Origin: a virus
Reading direction: 5' to 3' (one strand)
Length of the DNA stretch: 64,000 bases
Virus record (IMG/VR): IMGVR_UViG_3300035698_026991
Coordinates: 1,202 to 65,201 of that record
This document shows, in pieces, positions 28,981 through 37,917 of this stretch (position 1 is the stretch's first letter; each line of letters starts with the position of its first letter). Below the pieces are notes generated by a model, which saw only the letters and a list, made by a program, of their open reading frames with translations, searched no databases and was not told where the DNA came from. Made by a program: the position numbers and the translations under genes.

Positions 28981-29454
28981 ATGCACTCAAACATATTAAA
29001 TGCGTTTAATAAGCTAAATCAATCAGCTAGTTCAGTCAACACATCAACCATTACTGCACAAGAACAATATACTCAGTTATTTTGCAATAATGAAATCAAA
29101 AGTAAAGATGGGATGTTAACACAGGTACTTATACAAAAAGGCCTCAATATCAATGAAACAATGAAAGCATCTTCGTTAATAAAACTATTTATCTTTGATA
29201 AAAACATATCTTGGTTCAGAGGGAACAAGACACCAGCTCTTATGTGCAAAGATAATATAATTAAAGTAATACTCAAAAAAGAAAAGTTCACTGATGAAGA
29301 AATGACAAGAACATTAGAGCTTATTCAACTCACAGACCAAGACCCGAACCTTAGTTGGACAACAGATTCAAAACATCAAGTATATGAAGATGAAGACGAA
29401 GACGATGATGATGATGATGATGATGATGATACTTGGGACTATGATGAAGACTAA
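28981..29454 (+). CDS. triplicated-family protein, copy 1 (acidic poly-Asp C-terminus)
   Basis: Shares the FNK.N start, L.DKNISW and LIELTDKD..L.WE.D blocks with 29485..29961 and 29966..30409. Ends with a 13-residue poly-Asp run. Confidence 0.5.
   Translation: MHSNILNAFNKLNQSASSVNTSTITAQEQYTQLFCNNEIKSKDGMLTQVLIQKGLNINETMKASSLIKLFIFDKNISWFRGNKTPALMCKDNIIKVILKKEKFTDEEMTRTLELIQLTDQDPNLSWTTDSKHQVYEDEDEDDDDDDDDDDTWDYDED
29404..29439. repeat. (GAT)12 trinucleotide repeat encoding poly-Asp
   Basis: gatgatgatgat... read directly. Confidence 0.9.
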
Positions 29455-29455
29455 A

Positions 29456-29473
29456 ATTATTAATAACCTTAAC
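29456..29473 (+). promoter_or_regulatory. conserved upstream motif ATTATTAATAACCTTAAC (copy 7)
   Basis: 12 nt upstream of ATG 29485. Confidence 0.55.
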
Positions 29474-29484
29474 AATTAATCACT

Positions 29485-29961
29485 ATGTATAATAAACTAA
29501 TTAGCCAATTCAACAAAGTAAACAACACAACCAAAGCTCCTATAGTAGAACAACCAGCAGTATCAGCTTTCCCAGGATTAAAAACAATGTCAGATATATT
29601 CAATAAAGATAATATGATTAAGCAAATCCTTAGATACAAAAACCTACAAGAGAGAAGAGTAACGAAAGCACTCATGATCATAAAAGTTATCCTACTTGAT
29701 AAAGATATACCTTGGGAAAGAGATTCAGTAGGATTTGCTCTAACTAAAGATAAGATGCTACAGATGATACTAGTAGTAGCTGAGATGCCTACACAAAACA
29801 TCAAAAGAACTATTGGACTTATACAAGAAGCAAACGGAGACACTGAACTTGAATGGTTAGAAGATCGTACATCTAAAATATCAAAAAAACTAGAAGGATT
29901 AGACACAGCAAAGAAAATCGATATGCTTAAAGAGCTAAACGAGAATAATAAACTAGTATAG
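29485..29961 (+). CDS. triplicated-family protein, copy 2
   Basis: Paralog of the flanking genes (LLDKDIPWE, LIQEANGDTELEWLED). Confidence 0.5.
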   Translation: MYNKLISQFNKVNNTTKAPIVEQPAVSAFPGLKTMSDIFNKDNMIKQILRYKNLQERRVTKALMIIKVILLDKDIPWERDSVGFALTKDKMLQMILVVAEMPTQNIKRTIGLIQEANGDTELEWLEDRTSKISKKLEGLDTAKKIDMLKELNENNKLV

Positions 29962-29965
29962 TATT

Positions 29966-30409
29966 ATGAAAGCAAACTTAATAGCCCAGTTCAAAAAGCT
30001 AAAAGACAACGAACCTATAGAGCCCAAACAATTGTCAGATAGCCAAAGAACATACAACGAAATGAGACCTAAAGTGAATAGATACAAGGACATGATGATT
30101 CAAGAAATATTATTATCAAAAGGAATCACACACGAGAAATTAATGGTAGTAAAATCATTAGTTAAATTTGCCCTACTTGATAAAAATATAAGCTGGGAAA
30201 AAGAAACTGAAAACTCATTATTAACTAAAGAAAAAATGATCTCATTAATATTAATAAGAGAAAAAATAGACAACAATACAACAAAAGAAATTCTAAATCT
30301 TATAGAACTAACAGACAAAGACAACACACTTAAATGGGAACAAGACTTCGTATCTGGAATCTATGAAGATAAAGATAGCACTCAACTATGTGCAACCACT
30401 AGTACCTAA
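29966..30409 (+). CDS. triplicated-family protein, copy 3
   Basis: Paralog (LLDKNISWEKE, LIELTDKDNTLKWEQD). No separate motif copy, 5 nt after the previous stop. Confidence 0.5.
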   Translation: MKANLIAQFKKLKDNEPIEPKQLSDSQRTYNEMRPKVNRYKDMMIQEILLSKGITHEKLMVVKSLVKFALLDKNISWEKETENSLLTKEKMISLILIREKIDNNTTKEILNLIELTDKDNTLKWEQDFVSGIYEDKDSTQLCATTST

Positions 30410-30424
30410 TTATTAAAAGTTAAC
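30409..30424 (+). promoter_or_regulatory. conserved upstream motif variant ATTATTAAAAGTTAAC (copy 8)
   Basis: 10 nt upstream of ATG 30434. Confidence 0.45.
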
Positions 30425-30433
30425 AACATCTTT

Positions 30434-30709
30434 ATGGAATTAAAATACGTAATAACCGAACACAATGCATTTGCAATGTTCTCCAAAACAACCAACCACT
30501 CAGATATAGGTCGAGTCCTAGACGGGCAACCGGTAGGAGCTGGGTTCTGCACATTAACACAAGGACATAAACAAGGGTGCAGAGATAATGATTTTGAAGA
30601 TCAAGAAGTTGTAGATGTTCATTGCTATGGAGAAAGTGATTCTCTTGGTATAGCATCAAGAGATAAAGACGAAGAGATTATTAATAACAAGATTAACCCA
30701 GAAATATAA
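30434..30709 (+). CDS. hypothetical protein
   Basis: 91 aa. Confidence 0.4.
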   Translation: MELKYVITEHNAFAMFSKTTNHSDIGRVLDGQPVGAGFCTLTQGHKQGCRDNDFEDQEVVDVHCYGESDSLGIASRDKDEEIINNKINPEI

Positions 30710-30710
30710 T

Positions 30711-31001
30711 ATGTTTACAATAACACTATTACTTATCATAGGTACAATATTAGTTATCGGAGGAATATTCAGAAACGAAGCAGTATTTCAATATAGAAAA
30801 GAACTAATAAATAGGATAGCAGATAGATCAAAGAAAGAAGCCGATGAAGCATACGCAAAAGGAAGTATTGATTCAGAAGAATTAATGAAATTAAACAAAA
30901 GAAGATTTGCTCAATTTGATGCAGTATCATACAACGAAATGCTATTCCAATTTTGGAAACCAATAGATACATTCTATGATATAGAAGACATCCTTTCATA
31001 G
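30711..31001 (+). CDS. membrane-anchored hypothetical protein
   Basis: N-terminal TM helix (ITLLLIIGTILVIGGIF). Confidence 0.4.
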   Translation: MFTITLLLIIGTILVIGGIFRNEAVFQYRKELINRIADRSKKEADEAYAKGSIDSEELMKLNKRRFAQFDAVSYNEMLFQFWKPIDTFYDIEDILS

Positions 31002-31041
31002 AAGAAAAACAAGTCAATAAACAAAGGGAAACAAAAATAAG

Positions 31042-31062
31042 TTAATAATTAAGTCCACTTAA
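31042..31062 (+). promoter_or_regulatory. conserved upstream motif variant TTAATAATTAAGTCCACTTAA (copy 9)
   Basis: Upstream of ATG 31068. Confidence 0.35.
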
Positions 31063-31067
31063 ATAAT

Positions 31068-31493
31068 ATGTTAGTAACAAGAAAATTAATCGTAAACGAA
31101 GGAGGAATCCAAGAAGTAACTGAAGAAAAAGTAAACCAACCAACATCTGTACAAGCTAGAGGAGAAATAGAAATAAAAGTAGAAATGGGAGAAGACAACG
31201 ACGAATTGAATTTCTCAAAAGATGAAATGGTTCTACTTATTTTATCTTTACAAACCAAAGGAATTTTAGATCCAGAAACTACAAAAGAAATGATTAAAAA
31301 AGCAACCACAGATAATAGATTAGAATGGGAAGAAGAAGGAGGAAGAGAAGAAGAAGAAGAAAAAGAAGAAGAAGAAGAATGTAATTGTCCAGTATGTACA
31401 CTAAAAAAAGCATTAGAACAACAAGGACAAAACAAAAATGAACAAATAAATCCTATGAATAGATTTATGGAAAACTTTATTCAAAAACTTTAA
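31068..31493 (+). CDS. acidic protein with Glu-rich tract and CxxC motif
   Basis: 141 aa. EEEGGREEEEEKEEEEECNCPVC. Confidence 0.4.
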   Translation: MLVTRKLIVNEGGIQEVTEEKVNQPTSVQARGEIEIKVEMGEDNDELNFSKDEMVLLILSLQTKGILDPETTKEMIKKATTDNRLEWEEEGGREEEEEKEEEEECNCPVCTLKKALEQQGQNKNEQINPMNRFMENFIQKL

Positions 31494-31504
31494 TCTAAAA
31501 AAAC

Positions 31505-31645
31505 ATGAATCATAAAACAAAAGAAATCATATTGAATATATTCATTATGATCGTTGTGCTTGCTATCATCTTCGTAACTGTATTCTTTGCAACTGATGTT
31601 TCATTAAAGAACGAGATAAATAACAACTGTTTAATAACTAATTAA
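31505..31645 (+). CDS. small membrane peptide (46 aa)
   Basis: MNHKTKEIILNIFIMIVVLAIIFVTVFF.. by manual translation. Confidence 0.3.
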   Translation: MNHKTKEIILNIFIMIVVLAIIFVTVFFATDVSLKNEINNNCLITN

Positions 31646-31652
31646 TACACCA

Positions 31653-32165
31653 ATGAAACAATCAAATACACCAATGAAAACAGTAAAAATCCAATACATC
31701 CGAACCAAACTACAAGTAGAAACTGCAACGGATCTACTTAACAAAACAATAACAGCTAAAAGAAACGAGAAAGCAAAACTCTTGTTTCAAAAGGACTTAG
31801 ACAAAGCAAACCTAATCCTTAAGAAAAACAAAGCGAAAGTTGTTAAAGCTATCACTTTAGCAGAGAAACAAGAGAAAGAACTAGACCTAGAAATAAGAAA
31901 AGCTACACACGGAAAAATACAATTAGACGGTAGAAAGATAGACAAAGATGCATTGAAAACAATAGGACAATTAGGAATAAAGAATAGATACTATTCGACT
32001 ACAATCAAAGAAACAGAAAATACGAATATCGGTGTCTATGAAAACCTAATTAAGCTAGATAAAGAACAAGAAAAAATAGATGCATTCATATTAGAAATGA
32101 TCCTAGGGAAAGTAACAGCAACAGAATTGACAGCACTGATTAATAACATTAAAAAGATAAAATAG
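31653..32165 (+). CDS. hypothetical Lys-rich protein
   Basis: 170 aa. Confidence 0.4.
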   Translation: MKQSNTPMKTVKIQYIRTKLQVETATDLLNKTITAKRNEKAKLLFQKDLDKANLILKKNKAKVVKAITLAEKQEKELDLEIRKATHGKIQLDGRKIDKDALKTIGQLGIKNRYYSTTIKETENTNIGVYENLIKLDKEQEKIDAFILEMILGKVTATELTALINNIKKIK

Positions 32166-32169
32166 TATT

Positions 32170-32349
32170 ATGCAAATAACTCTAATTGTAGCATTCCTAC
32201 TTATTGTTAGCTTAACTCTAATAACTAAGAATGTAGGAATAGGTCTACTAGTAACCGCAGTCATCTTACTCATCTATAAATTAATAAGTCCAGAAAACTT
32301 CTCTGCTGATAATTTGTTTGATGATGACGATGATCTATCCAAACTTTAA
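32170..32349 (+). CDS. small membrane peptide (59 aa) with acidic tail
   Basis: MQITLIVAFLLIVSLTLI...DDDDDLSKL by manual translation. Confidence 0.3.
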   Translation: MQITLIVAFLLIVSLTLITKNVGIGLLVTAVILLIYKLISPENFSADNLFDDDDDLSKL

Positions 32350-32508
32350 TCGTTAACCAACTTAGGTTGGTTAAACCTTGGGGAATTGTTGTGAAAGCAA
32401 CATCTACAGCAATAGCGAGGGTAACCAAAGTGATATTCGTACGGGAATTGAACTTAATTATTCCTTAGAGATTGTCTCCAAGATTTAACCAATCTAAGTT
32501 ATAAGCAA

Positions 32509-32670
32509 ATGAATATAACAATAGAAAAAACAGAGAACGGAGACGGCACTGTCTTCGCAATCGCTCTAATCAACCTAGACGGAAAAAACTTTGCTTTTAG
32601 GTCTGGGATTAGACACTCGGGGACTGAAGCAAGAAACGAAGTCTTCCAATATTTATCAATCATTTATTAA
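32509..32670 (+). CDS. small hypothetical protein (53 aa)
   Basis: Manual translation. Upstream 150-nt region contains the hairpin TTAACCAAC-TTAG-GTTGGTTAA. Confidence 0.25.
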   Translation: MNITIEKTENGDGTVFAIALINLDGKNFAFRSGIRHSGTEARNEVFQYLSIIY

Positions 32671-32686
32671 TTAATTAAATAAGCAA

Positions 32687-32872
32687 ATGGATATAGAAAA
32701 TCTAACCATCCAATTAAACATAAACATACAAGGTAATTGGAATTATAGAATCATTAGTATAGTAAAAGACAAAGAAGAAATACTAGGACAAGGAACTACC
32801 GATTTAACATTCCAAAAAACATTGACAATTGCTTATGAAAAAGCATTAGAGATAAGTAGCTCATTAATATGA
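32687..32872 (+). CDS. hypothetical protein
   Basis: 61 aa, overlaps the next gene by 4 nt (ATGA). Confidence 0.4.
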   Translation: MDIENLTIQLNINIQGNWNYRIISIVKDKEEILGQGTTDLTFQKTLTIAYEKALEISSSLI

Positions 32873-33264
32873 TAAAATTAAAAAACAATTGGGTATCAAA
32901 AGTAGGATACCCAAATATCCAACTTAACCACACAGGATTTCATATCTCTTACAACCCTTCTCTTCTACCATCAATGCCGGATAAAATATTAGAAACACTT
33001 ACAACAGTAGAAAGTAGAACAGGGAAATCAGAAACAGCTTTAGTAGTTAAAACTAATAAAGCAAAATCTGTATTCCCACACGAATATTTTATTCTTAAAG
33101 GAGACTTCAGAAAAGAGTTTGAAGCTTGTGGAGATAATCTAGAAAAGTGTATGGAAGTATACTTAAATAACAAGGAAGAACATGGATCAGGCTTCTCAAC
33201 TGACGTCCCAATAGAGATGTCAGAAGAAGCTAAAAAGCTAATAGAAAAGGAACTTAATAGTTAG
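32869..33264 (+). CDS. hypothetical protein
   Basis: 131 aa. Confidence 0.4.
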   Translation: MIKLKNNWVSKVGYPNIQLNHTGFHISYNPSLLPSMPDKILETLTTVESRTGKSETALVVKTNKAKSVFPHEYFILKGDFRKEFEACGDNLEKCMEVYLNNKEEHGSGFSTDVPIEMSEEAKKLIEKELNS

Positions 33265-33304
33265 CCTTATATATAACACCCGTTTATATAAGAAAAGTCA
33301 ATAT

Positions 33305-33451
33305 ATGGATGAAGAAAAAGAGATAGAAAAACTACAAAAAGAAGAAGAAAAACTATGGAAAGAACTTGGAACTTTAAGCTTTAAACAGAAAACAAACATC
33401 TCAAGACTAATTGAGATAAACATAAAGTTACAAGAGTTCTGCAATAGATAA
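33305..33451 (+). CDS. small coiled-coil peptide (48 aa)
   Basis: Manual translation MDEEKEIEKLQKEEEKLWKELG.. Confidence 0.25.
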   Translation: MDEEKEIEKLQKEEEKLWKELGTLSFKQKTNISRLIEINIKLQEFCNR

Positions 33452-33497
33452 AAGTCAACACAAATTAATAATAACAATAATTAAAAACAACAAATAT

Positions 33498-34316
33498 ATG
33501 AATAACGCAAAACTAGTCGTAGGAATGATAGTAACAGTAGTATTAATCTTATTAATACTAGCACTTAATCCATTTGTACAAATCGAATCAGGAGAAAGAG
33601 GAGTAGTAACAACTTGGGGTGAAGTCCAAGATGATATTATGCAAGAAGGGCTACACTTTAGAATGCCTATAGCACAAGAAATTCACAAAATGGACATCAA
33701 AATTAAGAAATTTGAAGTTGCAGAACTAGCTTATTCTAAAGATGCACAAATAGTAGAAGCTGCAGTTACTCTAAACTATGAGTTAACTCCATCATTTGTT
33801 AAACAAATCTTCACAGAAGTAAGGAAAGATTATGAAAGTATTATAATCACACCTGCCATTAAAGAAGCTATTAAATCAACAATAGCACAATATACAGCAC
33901 AAGGAATAATTGATAATAGACCTAAAGTAAGAATGGACATAAAAGAACTTCTTACAACACAACTAGCACTTGGAGGAATCACAGTTAAAGAAATCGCCAT
34001 CACAAACATTGACTTTGATGATGATTATGAACTAGCTGTTAAACAAAAACAAGTTGCTGAACAAGAAGCTCTTAAAGAAGTAAACATCACAAAATCAGAA
34101 GCAGAAAAGAAGAAACAACAAATCCTTATCGCTCAAGCTCTTGCTGAGAAAACAAGATTAGAAGCACAAGCTCTAGCATCACAACAAGGACAAAAAGTAA
34201 TTGACAAGATCTATGCAGAAGCAGCATTAAAAGCAGCTGAAAATTGGAATGGAGCATTACCAAACAACTTCGTTCCAGGATCCACATTACCAATAATGAA
34301 TATTAAAACACAGTAA
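33498..34316 (+). CDS. SPFH/band-7 (prohibitin/HflC-like) domain membrane protein
   Basis: N-terminal TM helix. GVVTTWGEVQDDIMQEGLHFRMP start of the SPFH domain. C-terminal Ala/Gln/Glu-rich coiled coil (AQALAEKTRLEAQALASQQ) as in HflK/C. Confidence 0.75.
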   Translation: MNNAKLVVGMIVTVVLILLILALNPFVQIESGERGVVTTWGEVQDDIMQEGLHFRMPIAQEIHKMDIKIKKFEVAELAYSKDAQIVEAAVTLNYELTPSFVKQIFTEVRKDYESIIITPAIKEAIKSTIAQYTAQGIIDNRPKVRMDIKELLTTQLALGGITVKEIAITNIDFDDDYELAVKQKQVAEQEALKEVNITKSEAEKKKQQILIAQALAEKTRLEAQALASQQGQKVIDKIYAEAALKAAENWNGALPNNFVPGSTLPIMNIKTQ

Positions 34317-34354
34317 GCACCTTACTGTGCTTATTATTATTAACTAATTTAATT

Positions 34355-34522
34355 ATGATTAAATGTAATAGTTTCCTATATCCACACGAATGGACTAAAT
34401 GGAAAGAAGTCAAAAGAGGACCTGTAGTAAATTCAGAAAAAACAGTCATAGCAAATTATATTGAAATGGAAAGAGAATGTGAACTTTGTGGACTGAAACA
34501 ACTGAAAGAAACAAGAGCTTAA
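34355..34522 (+). CDS. small KW-rich peptide with ECxLCG motif (55 aa)
   Basis: YPHEWTKWKEVKRGP...ERECELCGL. Paralog of 28787..28957. Confidence 0.35.
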   Translation: MIKCNSFLYPHEWTKWKEVKRGPVVNSEKTVIANYIEMERECELCGLKQLKETRA

Positions 34523-34539
34523 TCATTATATATATTATT

Positions 34540-35460
34540 ATGGAAAAAAACACAACAGATGTCTTAGAATATTTTAAGAAGAAAATAGATAGTGATCCAG
34601 AACTAAAAAAACTCTATGATAATGAAAAAGATATTATGCCTAAATACCAAAAAACAACACTAAAGACAATAGACTATCCAGATGCTCCATCAGGCAAGAT
34701 CAATATAAACAAATGGGTACCACCTTTCAAAAAAGTGAAGGGTGGTTACGGATTTGTAGGAGTAGTAGCTGAAGATTCAAAAACAGGACAACTACAATGT
34801 CATCATTGTGGTAAATGGTTTCAACAGTTACAAACTCATATGATTAAGCACGGTCTAAATGGAAAATCATACAGAAAGAAATATGGTCTACTCTCATCAA
34901 CTGCATTGAAATCAAAAAAATTAAGATTAATGCATTCAAAAGTTTGTAGAGCATCACAAGCAGCAGGGAAAATGAACTTAGGCCACAAAGGAGGATATGG
35001 ATTTAAGAAAGGAAATAAAGAAGCAGCGAATAGAAAAGGAACACTCACTAAAGAGGAAGCTAAAAATAGACATGGAGTATGTGATTTACAAATAATGTCA
35101 AAGATAATGGCATTGAGTAGAAAATTAGGTAAAACACCTTCACTCATTGATATAAAAAAAGAATATGGAGGAAGCATTATATCAATAATGCATTCAAGAT
35201 ACGGAAGTTACATCAAATATTGTAAAGATACACTCAAGCTAACACCTTGTATATCAGCACATAACCCAAAACTTAAGAACAAAAAAGAATGGAGAGAACA
35301 CTTAATAAAACTTGGTATAAAAATATCAAAAAAACAAAAAGGAAAGATATTAAGAATCTCTCACCTTCCAATGAAAGAATCCAGATACATATACAAATAT
35401 TTCAATGGAATTAAAAGTTATAGAAAAGCAGTCGAAAAACAATTAAAAATTAATAGCTAA
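34540..35460 (+). CDS. Lys-rich protein with Ros/MucR-type zinc-finger-like segment
   Basis: CHHCGKWFQQLQTHMIKHGLNGKSYRKKYGL resembles the MucR/Ros C-terminal motif (C.ECGK.FK.L..H...HG.T...YR..WGL). Start set at MEKNTTD. Confidence 0.4.
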   Translation: MEKNTTDVLEYFKKKIDSDPELKKLYDNEKDIMPKYQKTTLKTIDYPDAPSGKININKWVPPFKKVKGGYGFVGVVAEDSKTGQLQCHHCGKWFQQLQTHMIKHGLNGKSYRKKYGLLSSTALKSKKLRLMHSKVCRASQAAGKMNLGHKGGYGFKKGNKEAANRKGTLTKEEAKNRHGVCDLQIMSKIMALSRKLGKTPSLIDIKKEYGGSIISIMHSRYGSYIKYCKDTLKLTPCISAHNPKLKNKKEWREHLIKLGIKISKKQKGKILRISHLPMKESRYIYKYFNGIKSYRKAVEKQLKINS

Positions 35461-35466
35461 CACAAT

Positions 35467-35838
35467 ATGAAAAAAAACATAAAAGCTTTAGCAAAAGCTC
35501 TTAAAAGTATACCGACAGAAGAGGAAGAAGAAAAGAAAGCAAAACTAGTAACACTAAAAAAGTTAGCACAAGTAGGTAATATAGGAATTACTATAGGAGG
35601 CTTTAAAAAAGGAGTAGCGAAATGTGTTGATTACTCTGAAGTACAAAGTAACAAAAATTACATAAGCGACTATATTAAACAAGAAAGAGCTAACCAACAA
35701 TTAACTCAAGAAGAGTTGGGATATAAAGCTGACCTATCAAGAAGTACAATAAGTGCAGCTGAAAGAGGCTATGGAATCTCAAAACATACTATGTTTTGTA
35801 TTATTAACTCCTTAGGGAAACAACTAGTAATCCAATAA
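35467..35838 (+). CDS. XRE-family helix-turn-helix transcriptional regulator
   Basis: LTQEELGYKADLSRSTISAAERGYGISKHTMFCIINSLG fits the HTH_3 pattern. Confidence 0.55.
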   Translation: MKKNIKALAKALKSIPTEEEEEKKAKLVTLKKLAQVGNIGITIGGFKKGVAKCVDYSEVQSNKNYISDYIKQERANQQLTQEELGYKADLSRSTISAAERGYGISKHTMFCIINSLGKQLVIQ

Positions 35839-35844
35839 AATCAT

Positions 35845-36129
35845 ATGAAATATACAACACCAACAAATGATAATATCATTAAATTCATAATGAAATATGG
35901 TTTAAGTTTAGTTATTTTTGTCATTTGTTTCTTGTTGGTAGTAGGATTTGTAAAAAAAAATATAAAATTCGCTACCTACTTAGCAGCACCTAAGTGTAGT
36001 ATACAAACACTAGAAGATAGCCAAACAATTTTATATAATCAAAAAGATTTCGAAATTGAAACATTTGATTATAGAAAATATGAATACTCTGGTGATATTG
36101 TATCCATTTATTTAACAGAGATAAAATAA
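35845..36129 (+). CDS. membrane-anchored hypothetical protein
   Basis: TM helix LSLVIFVICFLLVVGFV. Confidence 0.4.
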   Translation: MKYTTPTNDNIIKFIMKYGLSLVIFVICFLLVVGFVKKNIKFATYLAAPKCSIQTLEDSQTILYNQKDFEIETFDYRKYEYSGDIVSIYLTEIK

Positions 36130-36177
36130 CTAAATAAACCCAATTATTATTAAAAAAATAGAACTAATTAAAAACAT

Positions 36178-36597
36178 ATGAAAAGTATAAGAGAAGCAGC
36201 CTTAAGCAAAGAGGAACCAAAGACACCAGCATATTCTTCATCATATCCTAAATACTCAAAACCATCAGATAGCATATATGATAATTATGGATGTGATCGT
36301 TTTGGAGAAGGAGATGATATCGACTCAATGTTTCCAAGATCAAACTACTCACCACCAGACCCAAACCTTGTAATAATTACCTTTAAACTTCAATACACAG
36401 AAATCGGCCCAGAAGCTGATCCTGATAATTCTGCGTTTAACGAAGGAGTTGCTGAAACAAAAGCAACACAACTAGCATACGATAGAACAGAGAAGTTATT
36501 AGGTAAAAAATTCGATTCAAAATATTCTGTATGTTTTAAATCAACAGACAACTATGATGAATACGAAATAGAAGTAGAACTAACACCAAACTATTAA
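36178..36597 (+). CDS. hypothetical protein
   Basis: 139 aa. Immediately upstream of the MoxR/vWA pair. Confidence 0.4.
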   Translation: MKSIREAALSKEEPKTPAYSSSYPKYSKPSDSIYDNYGCDRFGEGDDIDSMFPRSNYSPPDPNLVIITFKLQYTEIGPEADPDNSAFNEGVAETKATQLAYDRTEKLLGKKFDSKYSVCFKSTDNYDEYEIEVELTPNY

Positions 36598-36625
36598 TAA
36601 ATAAATAATAAAAACAAAACTTATT

Positions 36626-37894
36626 ATGATTATGCAACCAAAGACAATCAATTATTCAAAAATAGAAGTTCCTATCAACGACGGATCAAGCCAATTCGTC
36701 CCTAAGGTGGCAGCAAAGTTCATAGACCATGGATCTATCCTAAAGACGCTAGCAATCTCTGTAAGGGACAATTTGCCCATCCTATTGATGGGTGAGTCAG
36801 GAACTGGAAAGACTTCTGCCATAAGATATATGGCTAATCAAACAAAAAACGGATTAAGAAGAGTAAACCTTAACGGAGGAACAACAGCTGATGAATTAGT
36901 AGGAAGACTTCTAATCAATGAAAAAGGAACTTATTGGGTTGACGGAATTCTAACAGAAGCAATGAGAAATGGGGAATGGATTGTATTAGATGAAATTAAT
37001 GCCGCATTACCTGAAGTTCTATTTGTTCTTCAATCAGTCCTAGATGATGACGGTTATCTTGTTCTAACAGAAAAAGACGATAAAGAAATCATACATAAGC
37101 ATAAAGACTTCCGTCTATTTGCTACTTGTAACCCACCTGAATATGCTGGAACCAAAGAATTGAACAAAGCTTTACTATCAAGATTTGCTGTTTGTATTAA
37201 TGCAGAATTTCCACCTGAAAGAAAAGAATTTGAGATAATTGAACACCACCTAGGAAACGCTATTGCATCATCAGAAATGGCAATCAAAATGGTAGGATTA
37301 GCAAATGAAACTAGGAAAGCCAAGGAACTAGGAAAATCAGATTACGCAATTAATACCAGAGACGTACTAAACACCCTTAAGTTAGTCGAATTCGTAGATC
37401 CATTAGAAGCTTTAGGATTAGCTTTCGCTAATAAATTAGATCTAGCAGACAACAAAGCATTAAAGATAATGGCAAAACTACATTTACCAACTAAAAAGAA
37501 AGCACTATCTGTTAGAAAACAAATTAAGAAAGCAATAGATCTAAACATTGGAAAAACTTATCTGTTAGACGGAGATGTTCATAATGCATATTTTGGGTTA
37601 ACTGACGATGAAAAGATGTTCAAATCTTTAATCAGAAATGATTTAGGATTTATCATTGGAAACACAGTCAGAGAAAATGGAATCAAAGGAGACGAATTTG
37701 TGATTGAAGCAACTTACTACGAAGATGAAGATAGTGGAGCAAGCTCAAAAGAACTTTCATCAAAAGGAGAAAAAATAGCAAGTGCAATCAATATTGTTGA
37801 CGGACCTAACAAAGGGAAAAGAGGAATCGTTATACATCACGAAGACCTAGACAAAACACTAGATATCATAAAACTTATTTACGAAATCAATTAA
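36626..37894 (+). CDS. MoxR-like AAA+ ATPase (AAA_5 type)
   Basis: Walker A LLMGESGTGKTSAI, Walker B WIVLDEINAA, sensor-1 RLFATCNP. 422 aa with a C-terminal extension. Confidence 0.75.
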   Translation: MIMQPKTINYSKIEVPINDGSSQFVPKVAAKFIDHGSILKTLAISVRDNLPILLMGESGTGKTSAIRYMANQTKNGLRRVNLNGGTTADELVGRLLINEKGTYWVDGILTEAMRNGEWIVLDEINAALPEVLFVLQSVLDDDGYLVLTEKDDKEIIHKHKDFRLFATCNPPEYAGTKELNKALLSRFAVCINAEFPPERKEFEIIEHHLGNAIASSEMAIKMVGLANETRKAKELGKSDYAINTRDVLNTLKLVEFVDPLEALGLAFANKLDLADNKALKIMAKLHLPTKKKALSVRKQIKKAIDLNIGKTYLLDGDVHNAYFGLTDDEKMFKSLIRNDLGFIIGNTVRENGIKGDEFVIEATYYEDEDSGASSKELSSKGEKIASAINIVDGPNKGKRGIVIHHEDLDKTLDIIKLIYEIN

Positions 37895-37917
37895 TAACCT
37901 AAGATATATTATGCATT

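Noticed and set aside
34836-35177. Minus-strand 113-aa ORF inside the MucR-like gene
   Set aside because: It is antisense to a plus-strand block gene and has hydrophobic low complexity.
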